This document shows, piece by piece, positions 1 through 9,717 of a stretch of 37,558 nt of DNA. The translations under genes and the position numbers were made by a program. The notes below the pieces were generated by a model, which was given only the letters and a program-made list of their open reading frames with translations, was not told the origin of the DNA and searched no databases. Origin of the DNA: an uncultured Candidatus Saccharibacteria bacterium (GTDB taxonomy: Bacteria; Patescibacteriota; Minisyncoccia; Phycocordibacterales; UBA9973). The stretch is taken from NCBI GenBank assembly GCA_964596605.1, contig CAZQUJ010000002.1, positions 1 to 37,558 on the forward strand, read 5' to 3'. Within the stretch, counting starts at the first letter, position 1. Each line of letters begins with the position of its first letter.

Positions 1-3
1 CCA

Positions 4-1815
4 CTAATTAAACTCCTTCTTCTGTTGTTCATACCCTCTAGAATATTTACCTTTTAGACTAACTAGTTCATCATGAGATCCTTCCTCTATCTTAATTCCG
101 TTATCAAGCACTATAATCTTGTCAGCTTTTTTGATTGTGGCAAAATTGTGAGAAATTAATATAGCTGATATATCCTTAGGAAGAGTTTCTATCTTTCTGA
201 ATATCTTGCTAGCTGAATCGGCATCTATTGAAGCTGTTGGTTCATCTAATATGAGCATTCTTTTTGTTTTGTAGAAAGCTCTAGCAATGGCAAGTTTTTG
301 TCTTTGACCTTTTGATGGTTCAATTCCATCAAATTCAACTCCGATCATGTGATCATATCTATTTTCTAGTTGATTGATGAAAACATCACTGGTGCTTTGT
401 TCTGCGGACTTAACTACTCTTTTTTCGTCGATGTTTTCTAATTTATCACTAATAGCAATTGATTCTCTGACCGTGAAATTATAATCAGGGTAGTCTTGCA
501 AAAGAATCCCCGCATAACTCCACCACTCATCAATATCTATATTCTTTAAATCAACTCCATTAATTGTGATTTTACCCTTAACTGGATCATAAATACGAAG
601 CATTAATTTAATCAAGGTTGTTTTTCCTGAACCGTTATCTCCAACTAATCCAATCTTTTCTCCTGGATTCATTCTGAAGCTGACATTATTAAGTGCCCAT
701 CTTTCTTGTCCTTGGTATCTAAAGAAAACGTTTTGGAAGATTATTGTTGGGGGATTGGTGTAGTCAATTTTTGTGGGATTTTCTGACCTTATCATTGATT
801 TTTTTTCATTCAAGATCTCAATTATATCGGTTACATAAAGATTTTTTTCTAGCAATCTTGCAGTGTAAGAAAGTAAATTTGATGTCCAACCACTAACCCG
901 ACTTAGTGTTTGGAAAGCGAAGACGACTGTTCCTATGGCTATTATTCCCAGAATGGATTCATTTATTATTATCATCATTCCAGCAAAAAATCCTAGCCCA
1001 GAAATGGTTTCAGTAATAATTTTGATTGTTCTTTTTTTAGCATCGTTCTTTAGCTGTTTGTTGGTAAAATCAGATAGTATTGTTTTTATATTTTCGGCAA
1101 ACCTAGAGCCTAAATTGTTTAATTTTGAATCTATTACTCCTATTTTTCCAATAAAGAATCTTCTCAAATCTTGGTATCTTCTTAGCTCGGGGCTGTTTTC
1201 TGACCATATTCCCCAAAGCCTACCTCCATATTTAATTTCTACAATAAAATTAGGTAGTGATGTGATCAGAACTAAAACAAAAACTCTCCAATCTATTGTT
1301 GCGGCAGCTACAGCACCAACAATAATTCCTGTTAAAACTTCTAAGTTGGCAAATTGAAAATCAATCAAAGCTATTAATGGGTTTATTCCGTTATTAAAAG
1401 CTCTCTGTATTTTATTTAAAAATTTTGGATTTTCTATTTGAGCAACATCAAAGGAAGCTCTTTTCTTTAGAGCCATGACATCTAAATAATCTTGAAATCT
1501 TAAAAATAATTTTCTATCCCAAAGAATGCGGAATTCCCTAAGAAGGGACGGGATTATTGTTAAAGCGGTAAAGAGAACAAGGGTTGGGAAAACCACCTTG
1601 AAGGATTTAAGTTCTACAGCTACAATAATTTTATCTATCAATAGTCCCAATACCTTTGAGGCTAATACTGGAACTAGACCCATAATAAAAGTAATAAAAG
1701 CCATAGCTAGAAGAATCCATGGCATTTCTTTCCATATTAAACCAAAAATAAATCTGGTATTTTTAACCAAATCTTTAAAATTTTTTAGAGAATTTTTATT
1801 TTTTTTATCATCCAT
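4..1815 (-). CDS. ABC transporter, fused permease/ATP-binding protein (type I exporter, MsbA-like)
   Basis: 603-aa ORF. The N-terminal half is multi-pass hydrophobic. The C-terminal NBD has Walker A GDNGSGKTT, signature-like PSKGQRQKLAIARA and Walker B MLILDEPTASID. ATG at 1813-1815, TAG stop at 4-6. Confidence 0.9.
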   Translation of the reverse strand: MDDKKNKNSLKNFKDLVKNTRFIFGLIWKEMPWILLAMAFITFIMGLVPVLASKVLGLLIDKIIVAVELKSFKVVFPTLVLFTALTIIPSLLREFRILWDRKLFLRFQDYLDVMALKKRASFDVAQIENPKFLNKIQRAFNNGINPLIALIDFQFANLEVLTGIIVGAVAAATIDWRVFVLVLITSLPNFIVEIKYGGRLWGIWSENSPELRRYQDLRRFFIGKIGVIDSKLNNLGSRFAENIKTILSDFTNKQLKNDAKKRTIKIITETISGLGFFAGMMIIINESILGIIAIGTVVFAFQTLSRVSGWTSNLLSYTARLLEKNLYVTDIIEILNEKKSMIRSENPTKIDYTNPPTIIFQNVFFRYQGQERWALNNVSFRMNPGEKIGLVGDNGSGKTTLIKLMLRIYDPVKGKITINGVDLKNIDIDEWWSYAGILLQDYPDYNFTVRESIAISDKLENIDEKRVVKSAEQSTSDVFINQLENRYDHMIGVEFDGIEPSKGQRQKLAIARAFYKTKRMLILDEPTASIDADSASKIFRKIETLPKDISAILISHNFATIKKADKIIVLDNGIKIEEGSHDELVSLKGKYSRGYEQQKKEFN

Positions 1816-1826
1816 AAAACCTTAGG

Positions 1827-1835
1827 ATTATAACA
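1827..1835 (-). promoter_or_regulatory. extended -10 box TGtTATAAT upstream of the ABC exporter gene
   Basis: The minus strand reads TGTTATAAT. It lies 11 nt upstream of the ATG at 1813-1815. Confidence 0.35.
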
Positions 1836-1890
1836 CACTCAAGCTAAAAGGTAAATAGACCATAGAGATATTTATGCCTTTCTTTTTTTG

Positions 1891-1972
1891 TGCCCAGGAG
1901 AGGACTTGAACCTCCAAGGATTGCTCCACTAGTTCCTAAGACTAGCGCGTATACCAATTCCGCCACCTGGGC
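1891..1972 (-). tRNA. tRNA-Leu (anticodon UAG), long variable arm, no encoded CCA
   Basis: The reverse complement is GCCCAGGTGGCGGAATTGGTATACGCGCTAGTCTTAGGAACTAGTGGAGCAATCCTTGGAGGTTCAAGTCCTCTCCTGGGCA. The acceptor pairs GCCCAGG with CCTGGGC. The anticodon stem is CTAGT/ACTAG with loop CTTAGGA, and the T-loop is TTCAAGT. Confidence 0.85.
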
Positions 1973-1991
1973 ATATTACAATATTCAATTT

Positions 1992-2066
1992 TGGAGGCCT
2001 AGGGCGGAATCGAACCGCCGTATAAGAGTTTTGCAGACTCTTGCCTTACCACTTGGCGACTAGGCC
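1992..2066 (-). tRNA. tRNA-Cys (anticodon GCA), CCA encoded
   Basis: The reverse complement is GGCCTAGTCGCCAAGTGGTAAGGCAAGAGTCTGCAAAACTCTTATACGGCGGTTCGATTCCGCCCTAGGCCTCCA. The anticodon stem is AGAGT/ACTCT with loop CTGCAAA, the T-loop is TTCGATT, and the 3' end is CCA. Confidence 0.85.
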
Positions 2067-2082
2067 ATAGTACATAATTATC

Positions 2083-2409
2083 CTAACCGTTATTTAGTAA
2101 TTCGTCAATTTTTTGTCTATTTTTTTCTCCCAAGTCTATTTTAACATCCAAGAAGGGAAGAGGATTAATTCTCAAGTGTTTTTTAAGGTGTTCTCTTAAT
2201 TCTCCAAGGTTTCTTTTAATAAAACCATAAGCAGCCTGTTCTTTTTCTTTTGGCATAACACTAATCATTAATGTTGCTCTTTTGCTATCAGAAGACAACT
2301 CAACTCGGGTTAAGGTTATTAAAGAAGCCGGACTAGCTTCTTTTTCTATGAAGACAGCCGACAGCTCTTTTATATTTTGTTTTATCTTTTCATTTCTTAA
2401 ATCTGACAT
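2083..2409 (-). CDS. rbfA: ribosome-binding factor A
   Basis: 108-aa ORF directly downstream of infB (1-nt gap), which is the conserved infB-rbfA order. Its size and the LITLTRVELSSDSKRATLMISV segment are typical of RbfA. Confidence 0.8.
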   Translation of the reverse strand: MSDLRNEKIKQNIKELSAVFIEKEASPASLITLTRVELSSDSKRATLMISVMPKEKEQAAYGFIKRNLGELREHLKKHLRINPLPFLDVKIDLGEKNRQKIDELLNNG

Positions 2410-2410
2410 T

Positions 2411-3916
2411 TTATTTTATGATTATCTGATAGGCTTCTAAGACATCACCGCTTGAAATATCAATATTTGTTTCTATTTCAAGTCCGCAATCAGAACCTTC
2501 ATCTACTTCTTTGGTATTAATTTTATTGCTTTGTAATCCAACTATTTTTCCAAGACCCAATTCATAATCTCTGCGAACAATACTAACTGGATTTTTTAAA
2601 CATATTTTACCATCAGTAACCTTTCCTCCGATGACATGTTTATTTTTAGTACTACTGAAAGTTTTTAAAACTTTTAAGTGTCCCACAACTTCTTTACTTT
2701 CTATTTTTGGTCTTCTTTCCTCAATGATTTCTTTTAGCCAATCTACTAGTTTGTATATAATATCGAAGCTTTCAATTGTAATACCAAAAGATTCATTTAG
2801 ATCTCTGGCTCCGTGATCTATCTTGGTATTAAAACCAACAATAACACAGTCTTTATCTACTCCAGCCATCTTTATATCAGATTCATTAATATCTCCAACT
2901 CCTTTTTTAATTATCTTAAAACTAGTTTTTTCTTTCTTTATTTTGTCTATTTCTTTTTCAATGGCTTCTATAGAACCCATAACATCAGCTTTTATAATTA
3001 TAGGTATAAGGGTATCACCTTCGTCGTGGTTGTTAAATGAATGTGTCTCATTTTGATTTAAAGATGATGTTTCTTTGATGAAATTCTCAGCTTCTTTTTT
3101 GGTCTGAAAAGAATCAAATGTATTACCAACTTCTGGCATAGAATCAAAACCAACTAATTTGATAGGGGAAGAAAAAGAAGCTTCTTTAATTGGTTTATTT
3201 AAACAATTCTCAAGTATTCTGGTGGTTACCATACTTTTTCCACTAACTACAAACATTCCAGATTTTAAAGTTCCGTTTTTGATAATACAAGTTGCTCCAG
3301 TTCCTCTTTTAGGATCTTGGGATGTTTCGATAACAATACCTGAAGCGTTTAAGTTTCTATTTCCACTTAAGTTTTGCATGTCAGATAATAGAATAATCAT
3401 GCTCAAAAGATCGTTTACACCATCTCCTTGTTTGGCTGAAATCGGAACAAAAGAAATATCTCCACCCATTCCTTCTAGATAAATTCCTTTTTCGGCTAAG
3501 TCCATTTTTGTTCTGTCTATGTTTGCGTTTGGTCTATCTATTTTATTAATAGCAATAATAAAAGGAGTTTTGGTTTCTATAATTGAATTATATGCTTCTA
3601 GTGTTTGAGCCTTAACCCCGTCTTCAGCCGAGACAATTAATATAGCCACATCTGCTACCTTGGCCCCTCTTTGTCTCATCTTTGAAAAAGCCTCATGTCC
3701 TGGGGTATCAAGGAAGGTTATTAAACGATTGTCACCCTCATCATCTTTTACTGAAACCTCGTAAGCACTGATGCATTGAGTTATTCCACCGGCTTCTTTG
3801 TCTACAACGTTTGTTTTTCTGATGTAGTCTAGTAGGGTAGATTTACCATGATCAACATGACCCATGACAACAACAACTGGAGGACGCTTTTCTATTTTTT
3901 CTTTTTTATCAGGCAT
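2411..3916 (-). CDS. infB: translation initiation factor IF-2 (short form, starts at the G domain)
   Basis: GTPase motifs VVVMGHVDHGKSTLLD, DTPGHEAF and NKID. The C-terminal IF-2 domains are present (IIKADVMGSIEAI, GFNTKID). Confidence 0.92.
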   Translation of the reverse strand: MPDKKEKIEKRPPVVVVMGHVDHGKSTLLDYIRKTNVVDKEAGGITQCISAYEVSVKDDEGDNRLITFLDTPGHEAFSKMRQRGAKVADVAILIVSAEDGVKAQTLEAYNSIIETKTPFIIAINKIDRPNANIDRTKMDLAEKGIYLEGMGGDISFVPISAKQGDGVNDLLSMIILLSDMQNLSGNRNLNASGIVIETSQDPKRGTGATCIIKNGTLKSGMFVVSGKSMVTTRILENCLNKPIKEASFSSPIKLVGFDSMPEVGNTFDSFQTKKEAENFIKETSSLNQNETHSFNNHDEGDTLIPIIIKADVMGSIEAIEKEIDKIKKEKTSFKIIKKGVGDINESDIKMAGVDKDCVIVGFNTKIDHGARDLNESFGITIESFDIIYKLVDWLKEIIEERRPKIESKEVVGHLKVLKTFSSTKNKHVIGGKVTDGKICLKNPVSIVRRDYELGLGKIVGLQSNKINTKEVDEGSDCGLEIETNIDISSGDVLEAYQIIIK

Positions 3917-3946
3917 AATTTTTGAAAGGTTACTGGTTTACGACTT

Positions 3947-4393
3947 TTATTTTAGTGTCTTTTTGAGAACACTTTTTTCTTCTTTGGTGAGTTCAAATTC
4001 CGATTTACCATCTTTAATTGGTTTTGCAAACAAACTCATTCTGTCTCTAGCATAAAGGCTGGATATTACAACCCCATTACCTTCTTCATTAAGAAGGGAA
4101 ATGGCAAAACTTTGATTTCCTCCTACCTCAGGAAATGGATTAAAACGAACTGTTTCAATATTACGAATGGATTGATCTAATCTTTTTTCTATAATAGACA
4201 ATTGATCATCAATCTTCTTTTTGTTTTCTTCTAATTCTTTTGTCTTTTTTGTCACTTCTGAAATCAATATTTCTGCATTTTTAGCTTTAAAGCCTGAAAA
4301 TATCTTTTTTAACCTGATTTCAATAATCAATATCCAAAGAAAGATTAGGATTATAAAGAAAGATAAAATGTAGAATAATATATTGATAGTCAT
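3947..4393 (-). CDS. DUF4446 family membrane-anchored protein
   Basis: N-terminal TM helix, a coiled segment, then VRFNPFPEVGGNQSFAISLLNEEGNGVVISSLYARDRMSLFAKPI...LTKEEKSVL, which matches my recollection of the DUF4446 pattern. Confidence 0.7.
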   Translation of the reverse strand: MTINILFYILSFFIILIFLWILIIEIRLKKIFSGFKAKNAEILISEVTKKTKELEENKKKIDDQLSIIEKRLDQSIRNIETVRFNPFPEVGGNQSFAISLLNEEGNGVVISSLYARDRMSLFAKPIKDGKSEFELTKEEKSVLKKTLK

Positions 4394-4534
4394 AAAAGAT
4401 TAATTGACTGTTGCTAAAGTAGAAGAATTTAATAATAATTTAAAGCCATATTTTAAAATATAGCTTCTAGCTTGAAGTAGTATATACCAAGAGTTCATTT
4501 TTTACAAACCCAGAGGTGTGTTATTATTTAATAT

Positions 4535-5770
4535 ATGAGCATATTCCAAAAAAGAAAAATATTCCTAGATCATGCAGGAGCTACTCCGCTAGACAAAGAG
4601 GTATTGAAAAAGATTAATTCTTTAAATCGTTTTGTCTATAGCAATCCAAGCTCTATTTACAGTCTAGGGCTAAAAGCAAGAAATTTAATTGAAGAAGCAA
4701 GAAGTGATGTGGCAAAAACAATTGGAGCTCACACTGATGAAATTATTTTTACCGGTAGTGGAACAGAAAGTGATGCCTTGGCTATTTTAGGAACTGTATA
4801 TAATTTTAGATTAAACAATGTGGGTGTTCTTCCTCATGTGATAACAACAAGCATAGAGCACTCGGCTGTTTTGGAAAATATTAGATGGTTAGAAAAAAAT
4901 AATTTAGTTAAAGTTACATATTTAACCCCAAACGAAAATGGAATTTTGGATCCTAGTTTGATTAGAAAAAATATTAATTTAGACACCATTTTAATTTCAG
5001 TTATGTATGCTAACAATGAGATAGGCACGATTGAACCCATAGAAGAAATAGCAAAAGAGATTAGACGTTTCAAAAAAAACAACGGAAAGGAAAGTATTTA
5101 TCCAATTTTTCATACAGATGCTTGTCAGGCAATGAATTATTTGTTTACCAAAAATATTGAAAAATTGGGTGTAGATTTGATGACGTTTAATGGTTCTAAG
5201 ATATATGGGCCAAAGGGAACAGGGGTCTTGTACAAAAAAAGAAATATTATTTTAGAATCCTTGTATAAGGGTGGTGGTCAGGAGTTTGATTTAAGATCGG
5301 GAACAGAAAATACTTCTTTAATTATTGGTCTTGCTCTAGCCCTTAAAAAGACAGAAGCTATCAAAGAAAAAGAAAATATAAGGTTAACCAAGTTGAGAGA
5401 CTATACCATAGACCAGATTTTAAACTTAGAAAAAAAATTTCCATTTAAAATTGTTCTAAACGGAGATAGAGAAAAAAGATTGCCTAACAATATTAATATT
5501 TCTATCTTCGGTCTATCCAGTGAATTGTTAGTCTTGGAATTAGGAGCACGAGGTGTTTTTGTTTCAGAGCGGAGTGATTGCAAGAGTGGCAAAGATGATC
5601 CGTCGTATGTTCTTGAATCAATTTATGGTAGACAAATAGAAAAGACAGAAAAAGTAGGATCTCTGAGAATTACCCTTGGCAGGGAGACAAAGAAAAAAGA
5701 CTTAGAAATACTAGTTAAATCTCTAGAAAGTGTTTTAAAAAAATATGAAACTTGGGTTGGTCTAAATTAG
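4535..5770 (+). CDS. cysteine desulfurase / class V aminotransferase (NifS/IscS-like)
   Basis: 411 aa. LDHAGATPL start, TGSGTESD, HTDACQA, PLP-lysine context FNGSKIYGPKGTGVLY and RSGTEN. A candidate active-site Cys lies in SERSDCKSG. Confidence 0.85.
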   Translation: MSIFQKRKIFLDHAGATPLDKEVLKKINSLNRFVYSNPSSIYSLGLKARNLIEEARSDVAKTIGAHTDEIIFTGSGTESDALAILGTVYNFRLNNVGVLPHVITTSIEHSAVLENIRWLEKNNLVKVTYLTPNENGILDPSLIRKNINLDTILISVMYANNEIGTIEPIEEIAKEIRRFKKNNGKESIYPIFHTDACQAMNYLFTKNIEKLGVDLMTFNGSKIYGPKGTGVLYKKRNIILESLYKGGGQEFDLRSGTENTSLIIGLALALKKTEAIKEKENIRLTKLRDYTIDQILNLEKKFPFKIVLNGDREKRLPNNINISIFGLSSELLVLELGARGVFVSERSDCKSGKDDPSYVLESIYGRQIEKTEKVGSLRITLGRETKKKDLEILVKSLESVLKKYETWVGLN

Positions 5771-5853
5771 ACTTTTTCAAGTAAATATTATATACAATAA
5801 TAACGATAGATTTTTGATTGAATCAAATTTACAAATAATATAAAATTAATTTT

Positions 5854-8514
5854 ATGCCTCCATTTAATAATTTTACAACTAAAGCCAAAGAAGCAATTAG
5901 ACGAGCTCACGAGTTGGCGGTAGAACGTGGACAGAATAACGTTACGGCTCTTCATCTTCTAACAGCCTTAATCACACAGGATGATTCTTTGGTTGTTTCC
6001 ATTTTAGACAAAATGGAAGTTGATACGGTTCTTTTGACTGATAATTTAATAGAAATGATAGAAGGTCCAGAAAAAAGAGATACACTTTCTCCTTCTTTTC
6101 AGATATTTTTAACTGAAGATTTGGCTAAGGCTATAGAAATGTCAGTAAAGGTAGCGATGTCTTTAAAAGATGAATTTGTTTCAACCGAGCACCTATTCTT
6201 AGGCTTACTAGAAACTCCAGGAGAAGTTAGTCAATTTTTGAAAAGATTTAAAATTGAAAAAGAAAAAGTATTAGAAGTTTTGAAAGTTTTAAGACAAAAC
6301 AACAAGACAGATTTAAATCTATCAAAAAAACCAAGACTTCTAGCGAAGTTCACTAGAAACTTAACAGACTTAGCCCGAGAAGATAAGCTAGATCCAGTTA
6401 TCGGTCGTGATACAGAAATAATGAGAATGATGCAAATTCTTTCTCGTCGAACAAAAAATAATCCAATATTAATAGGAGAAGCGGGAACTGGAAAGACGGC
6501 AGTGGCCGAAGCTTTAGCTATCAGAATTGCCAAGAATGATGTTCCTGAAAGTTTAAAAGACAAAGAGGTTGTCTCTTTGGACTTAGGACTTCTTTTGTCT
6601 GGGACAAAATATAGAGGGGAGTTTGAAGAAAGACTAAGAGGGATAATGAAGGAAATAGAAAAATCAAGCGGAGAGATTATTTTATTCATTGATGAAATTC
6701 ATACAATAGTTGGAGCTGGTTCTTCGGAAGGATCATTAGACGCATCTAATATGTTAAAACCAGCACTCGCAAGAGGTGAGTTAAGAGCCATAGGAGCTAC
6801 AACCTTAAAAGAATATCAAAAACATATTGAAAAAGATCCTGCTTTGGCAAGAAGGTTTCAACCTGTTTATATTGATGAACCAAGTGTAGAAGATGCCATC
6901 GCAATCTTGCGAGGATTAAAAGAAAAATATGAACTATTCCATGGTGTTAGAATAACGGATGATGCAATTATTTCAGCTGTTAATTTAAGTTCAAGGTATA
7001 TAACTAATAGATATTTGCCTGATAAGGCAGTTGATTTAATAGATGAAGCTTGTTCATCTTTGCGTTTGGCCTTAGAAAATAAACCAGAAATATTGGAAGA
7101 CACTGATAGAAAAATAATGCGTTTTGAGGTAGAGAAAAAAGCTCTAGAAAAAGAGATTGAAAGGAGCAAAAATACTGAGAATAACAAACCTCAAAAAATT
7201 AGATTAAAGGAGATAGAGAAAGAGATTGCTAATTTAAGAGAAAAAACTAAAGAGCTAGAACTTAAATGGAAAAATGAAAAAGAAACAGTTTTAGAGATTA
7301 GAGAAATTAAAAAAGAATTAGAATCATTAAGATTAGAAGCTGAAAACGCAGAGATGAAAGCTGATTTAGAAAAGGCAGCTGAAATTAGTTATGGAAAAAT
7401 TCCAGATTTACAGAAGAAGTTGGAAGCTAGATTGTCACGACTTAAGAAATTACAAAAATCTAGAAGAATCTTAAAAGAAGATATTACCGAAGAAGATATT
7501 GCTACGGTTGTTTCTAGGTGGACGAACATTCCACTTGAGAAAATGCTGGAAGAGGAAATGGATAAATTAGTTCATATGGAAGATACTTTGCACAAGAGGG
7601 TGGTTGGACAAGATGAAGCTATTAAAAAGATTTCAGATGTAGTTAGAAGAAGCCGAGCCGGTATTTCTGATCCTAACAAGCCAATTGGTTCATTCATCTT
7701 TTTGGGACCAACGGGTGTAGGAAAAACAGAATTAACAAAAGCTCTAGCTGAGTTTATGTTCAATGATGATAAGGCTTTAATTAGAGTGGACATGAGTGAG
7801 TTTTCTGAGAAGCATAGTATATCTAAATTGATTGGTTCACCACCAGGATATGTTGGATATGATGAATCTGGAAACTTAACTGAAGCTGTTCGCCACCGAC
7901 CTTATTCTGTTGTTCTGTTTGATGAAGTAGAAAAAGCTCATCCTGAAGTTCTTAATGTTTTGCTTCAAGTTTTAGATGATGGCCGTCTGACAGATGCCAA
8001 AGGAAGAATCGTTAATTTCAAAAACACAATTATAATCCTGACATCTAATCTTGGTTCCAACTTTATAGAAAAGATGGAAACAATAGGTTTTCGACCAGAC
8101 AAAGAAGAAGATGAATATACGGAGACAAAGGATAAAGTCTTGAGTGCTCTACGTGATTTCTTTAGACCGGAGTTTTTGAATAGACTAGATGAAATAATAG
8201 TCTTTGATATTCTTTCTAGAGAAGTAATTAGAAATATCGTTGATATTAAAATTAAAGATATTAGAGAAAGGATTCAGATTAAAGGGATAAATATTAGTTT
8301 GTCTGAAGAATCTTTAAGCTACTTAGCAAAAGAAGGTTACAATCCTCATTATGGGGCAAGACCATTGAATCGTTTGATTCAAGATAAAATTCTAAATCCA
8401 ATAGCCATGATGATAATATCCAAGACTGTTAAAAAGGGTGATACTCTTTATGTCTCAGTTAAAAATGATGGTTTGGTTATAGATAATAAGAAAAAGAAAA
8501 AACCTAAAAAATAA
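5854..8514 (+). CDS. clpB: ATP-dependent chaperone ClpB
   Basis: 886 aa. It has the Clp N-domain, two AAA+ modules (GEAGTGKTA, GPTGVGKTE) and a long coiled-coil middle domain. Confidence 0.95.
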   Translation: MPPFNNFTTKAKEAIRRAHELAVERGQNNVTALHLLTALITQDDSLVVSILDKMEVDTVLLTDNLIEMIEGPEKRDTLSPSFQIFLTEDLAKAIEMSVKVAMSLKDEFVSTEHLFLGLLETPGEVSQFLKRFKIEKEKVLEVLKVLRQNNKTDLNLSKKPRLLAKFTRNLTDLAREDKLDPVIGRDTEIMRMMQILSRRTKNNPILIGEAGTGKTAVAEALAIRIAKNDVPESLKDKEVVSLDLGLLLSGTKYRGEFEERLRGIMKEIEKSSGEIILFIDEIHTIVGAGSSEGSLDASNMLKPALARGELRAIGATTLKEYQKHIEKDPALARRFQPVYIDEPSVEDAIAILRGLKEKYELFHGVRITDDAIISAVNLSSRYITNRYLPDKAVDLIDEACSSLRLALENKPEILEDTDRKIMRFEVEKKALEKEIERSKNTENNKPQKIRLKEIEKEIANLREKTKELELKWKNEKETVLEIREIKKELESLRLEAENAEMKADLEKAAEISYGKIPDLQKKLEARLSRLKKLQKSRRILKEDITEEDIATVVSRWTNIPLEKMLEEEMDKLVHMEDTLHKRVVGQDEAIKKISDVVRRSRAGISDPNKPIGSFIFLGPTGVGKTELTKALAEFMFNDDKALIRVDMSEFSEKHSISKLIGSPPGYVGYDESGNLTEAVRHRPYSVVLFDEVEKAHPEVLNVLLQVLDDGRLTDAKGRIVNFKNTIIILTSNLGSNFIEKMETIGFRPDKEEDEYTETKDKVLSALRDFFRPEFLNRLDEIIVFDILSREVIRNIVDIKIKDIRERIQIKGINISLSEESLSYLAKEGYNPHYGARPLNRLIQDKILNPIAMMIISKTVKKGDTLYVSVKNDGLVIDNKKKKKPKK

Positions 8515-8528
8515 AATAGAAAATCTTA

Positions 8529-8563
8529 AAAATCCTTTTTGATTTAATCAAAAAGGATTTTTA
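8529..8563. terminator. bidirectional rho-independent terminator between clpB and tRNA-Tyr
   Basis: A perfect 13-bp stem pairs AATCCTTTTTGAT (8531-8543) with ATCAAAAAGGATT (8547-8559), with a 3-nt loop. It is flanked by A-runs and T-runs. Confidence 0.7.
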
Positions 8564-8568
8564 ATTTG

Positions 8569-8652
8569 TGCGCCGGGGAAGATTCGAACTTCCGTAGCCC
8601 GTAGGGCGACTGATTTACAGTCAGTTGCAATTGACCACTCTGCCACCGACGC
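8569..8652 (-). tRNA. tRNA-Tyr (anticodon GUA), long variable arm, no encoded CCA
   Basis: The reverse complement is GCGTCGGTGGCAGAGTGGTCAATTGCAACTGACTGTAAATCAGTCGCCCTACGGGCTACGGAAGTTCGAATCTTCCCCGGCGCA. The anticodon stem is ACTGA/TCAGT with loop CTGTAAA, and the T-loop is TTCGAAT. Confidence 0.85.
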
Positions 8653-8721
8653 ATTGTTTTTTGATTATACACTACATTATCTTATTTTTCAAATCCTTAA
8701 GAATGTGATAATATTTAGGAT

Positions 8722-9717
8722 ATGTCACAGCTTTACAATAATTCAATTTTTTGGGTAGATATAGATAAGATTAAACCTAATCCATTTCAACCTCGTAGAG
8801 AGTTTGATGAAGATCGTTTGAAAGATTTAGCTGATTCTATTAGACAATATGGATTGTTACAACCTCTAACGGTTTCTCGAGAAGAGATTCAAAAAGAAGA
8901 CGGGGGAATTACAGTAGAATATGAATTGATTGCTGGAGAAAGAAGACTTAGAGCATCAAAAATAGCAGGATTAGATCAGGTTCCAGTTATTATCAGAATT
9001 GGTGATGACTCTATGGCTAAACTTGAGTTAGCTATCATAGAGAACTTACAAAGAGAAGATCTTAATGCTGTTGAAAGAGCTCAAGCCTTTATGAGATTAG
9101 CTGATGAATTTAAGTTTACCCATGCTCAAATTGGAATGAAGGTAGGTAAAAGCCGAGAGTATGTTTCAAATACTCTTCGTCTACTCGCTTTACCTCAAGA
9201 TATATTAGATGCTTTGTCTGCAAAGAAAATAAGTGAAGGGCACACCAGACCTATTTTGATGCTATCCGACAGGCCAGAAGAACAAATGGTTCTATTTAAA
9301 GAAATAGTTTTCAAAAAAATGACAGTTCGAGATGCCGAAAAAGCGGCAAGGCGAATTGCTTACGACCGAGTTCGCAAAAAGGAATACATGATTGATCCAG
9401 AGATAGCAGAGATGGAAGAAAAATTACAAGAATCTTTGGGGACTAGGGTTAGAATAGAAAAGAAAGAAAATGGAGGACACATAACCATTGACTTCTTTAC
9501 TGATGATGACCTACATACTATTCTTGGTTTAATCAAAGACAGACAAAATCAAAATCCTAACAGTATGTTAGATAACTATATTACTGGACAACAAGCCAAC
9601 AATGTGGAACAAGAAATGGATGAAGCTGAAATCCCTATAGATGACCGATCAAAAGAAGAAATAGAAAAAGCGGAAGAAGATATTGATTTATACAATATCA
9701 AAAACTTTTCAATCTAA
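8722..9717 (+). CDS. parB: ParB/Spo0J chromosome partitioning protein with acidic C-terminal extension
   Basis: ParB box NPFQPR...LLQPLTV...LIAGERRLRASK, followed by an HTH region (HAQIGMKVGKSREYVSNTLRLL). Confidence 0.9.
   Translation: MSQLYNNSIFWVDIDKIKPNPFQPRREFDEDRLKDLADSIRQYGLLQPLTVSREEIQKEDGGITVEYELIAGERRLRASKIAGLDQVPVIIRIGDDSMAKLELAIIENLQREDLNAVERAQAFMRLADEFKFTHAQIGMKVGKSREYVSNTLRLLALPQDILDALSAKKISEGHTRPILMLSDRPEEQMVLFKEIVFKKMTVRDAEKAARRIAYDRVRKKEYMIDPEIAEMEEKLQESLGTRVRIEKKENGGHITIDFFTDDDLHTILGLIKDRQNQNPNSMLDNYITGQQANNVEQEMDEAEIPIDDRSKEEIEKAEEDIDLYNIKNFSI

Noticed and set aside
935-1825. Plus-strand ORFs of 140 aa and 99 aa inside the ABC exporter gene. Similar antisense ORFs lie inside infB, clpB, topA, eno and others (for example 6231..6689, 16351..16785, 12068..12301).
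   Set aside because: They are low-complexity, Ile/Phe/Ser/Leu-rich translations fully embedded antisense to genes with strong motif support. Such ORFs are expected by chance in AT-rich DNA.
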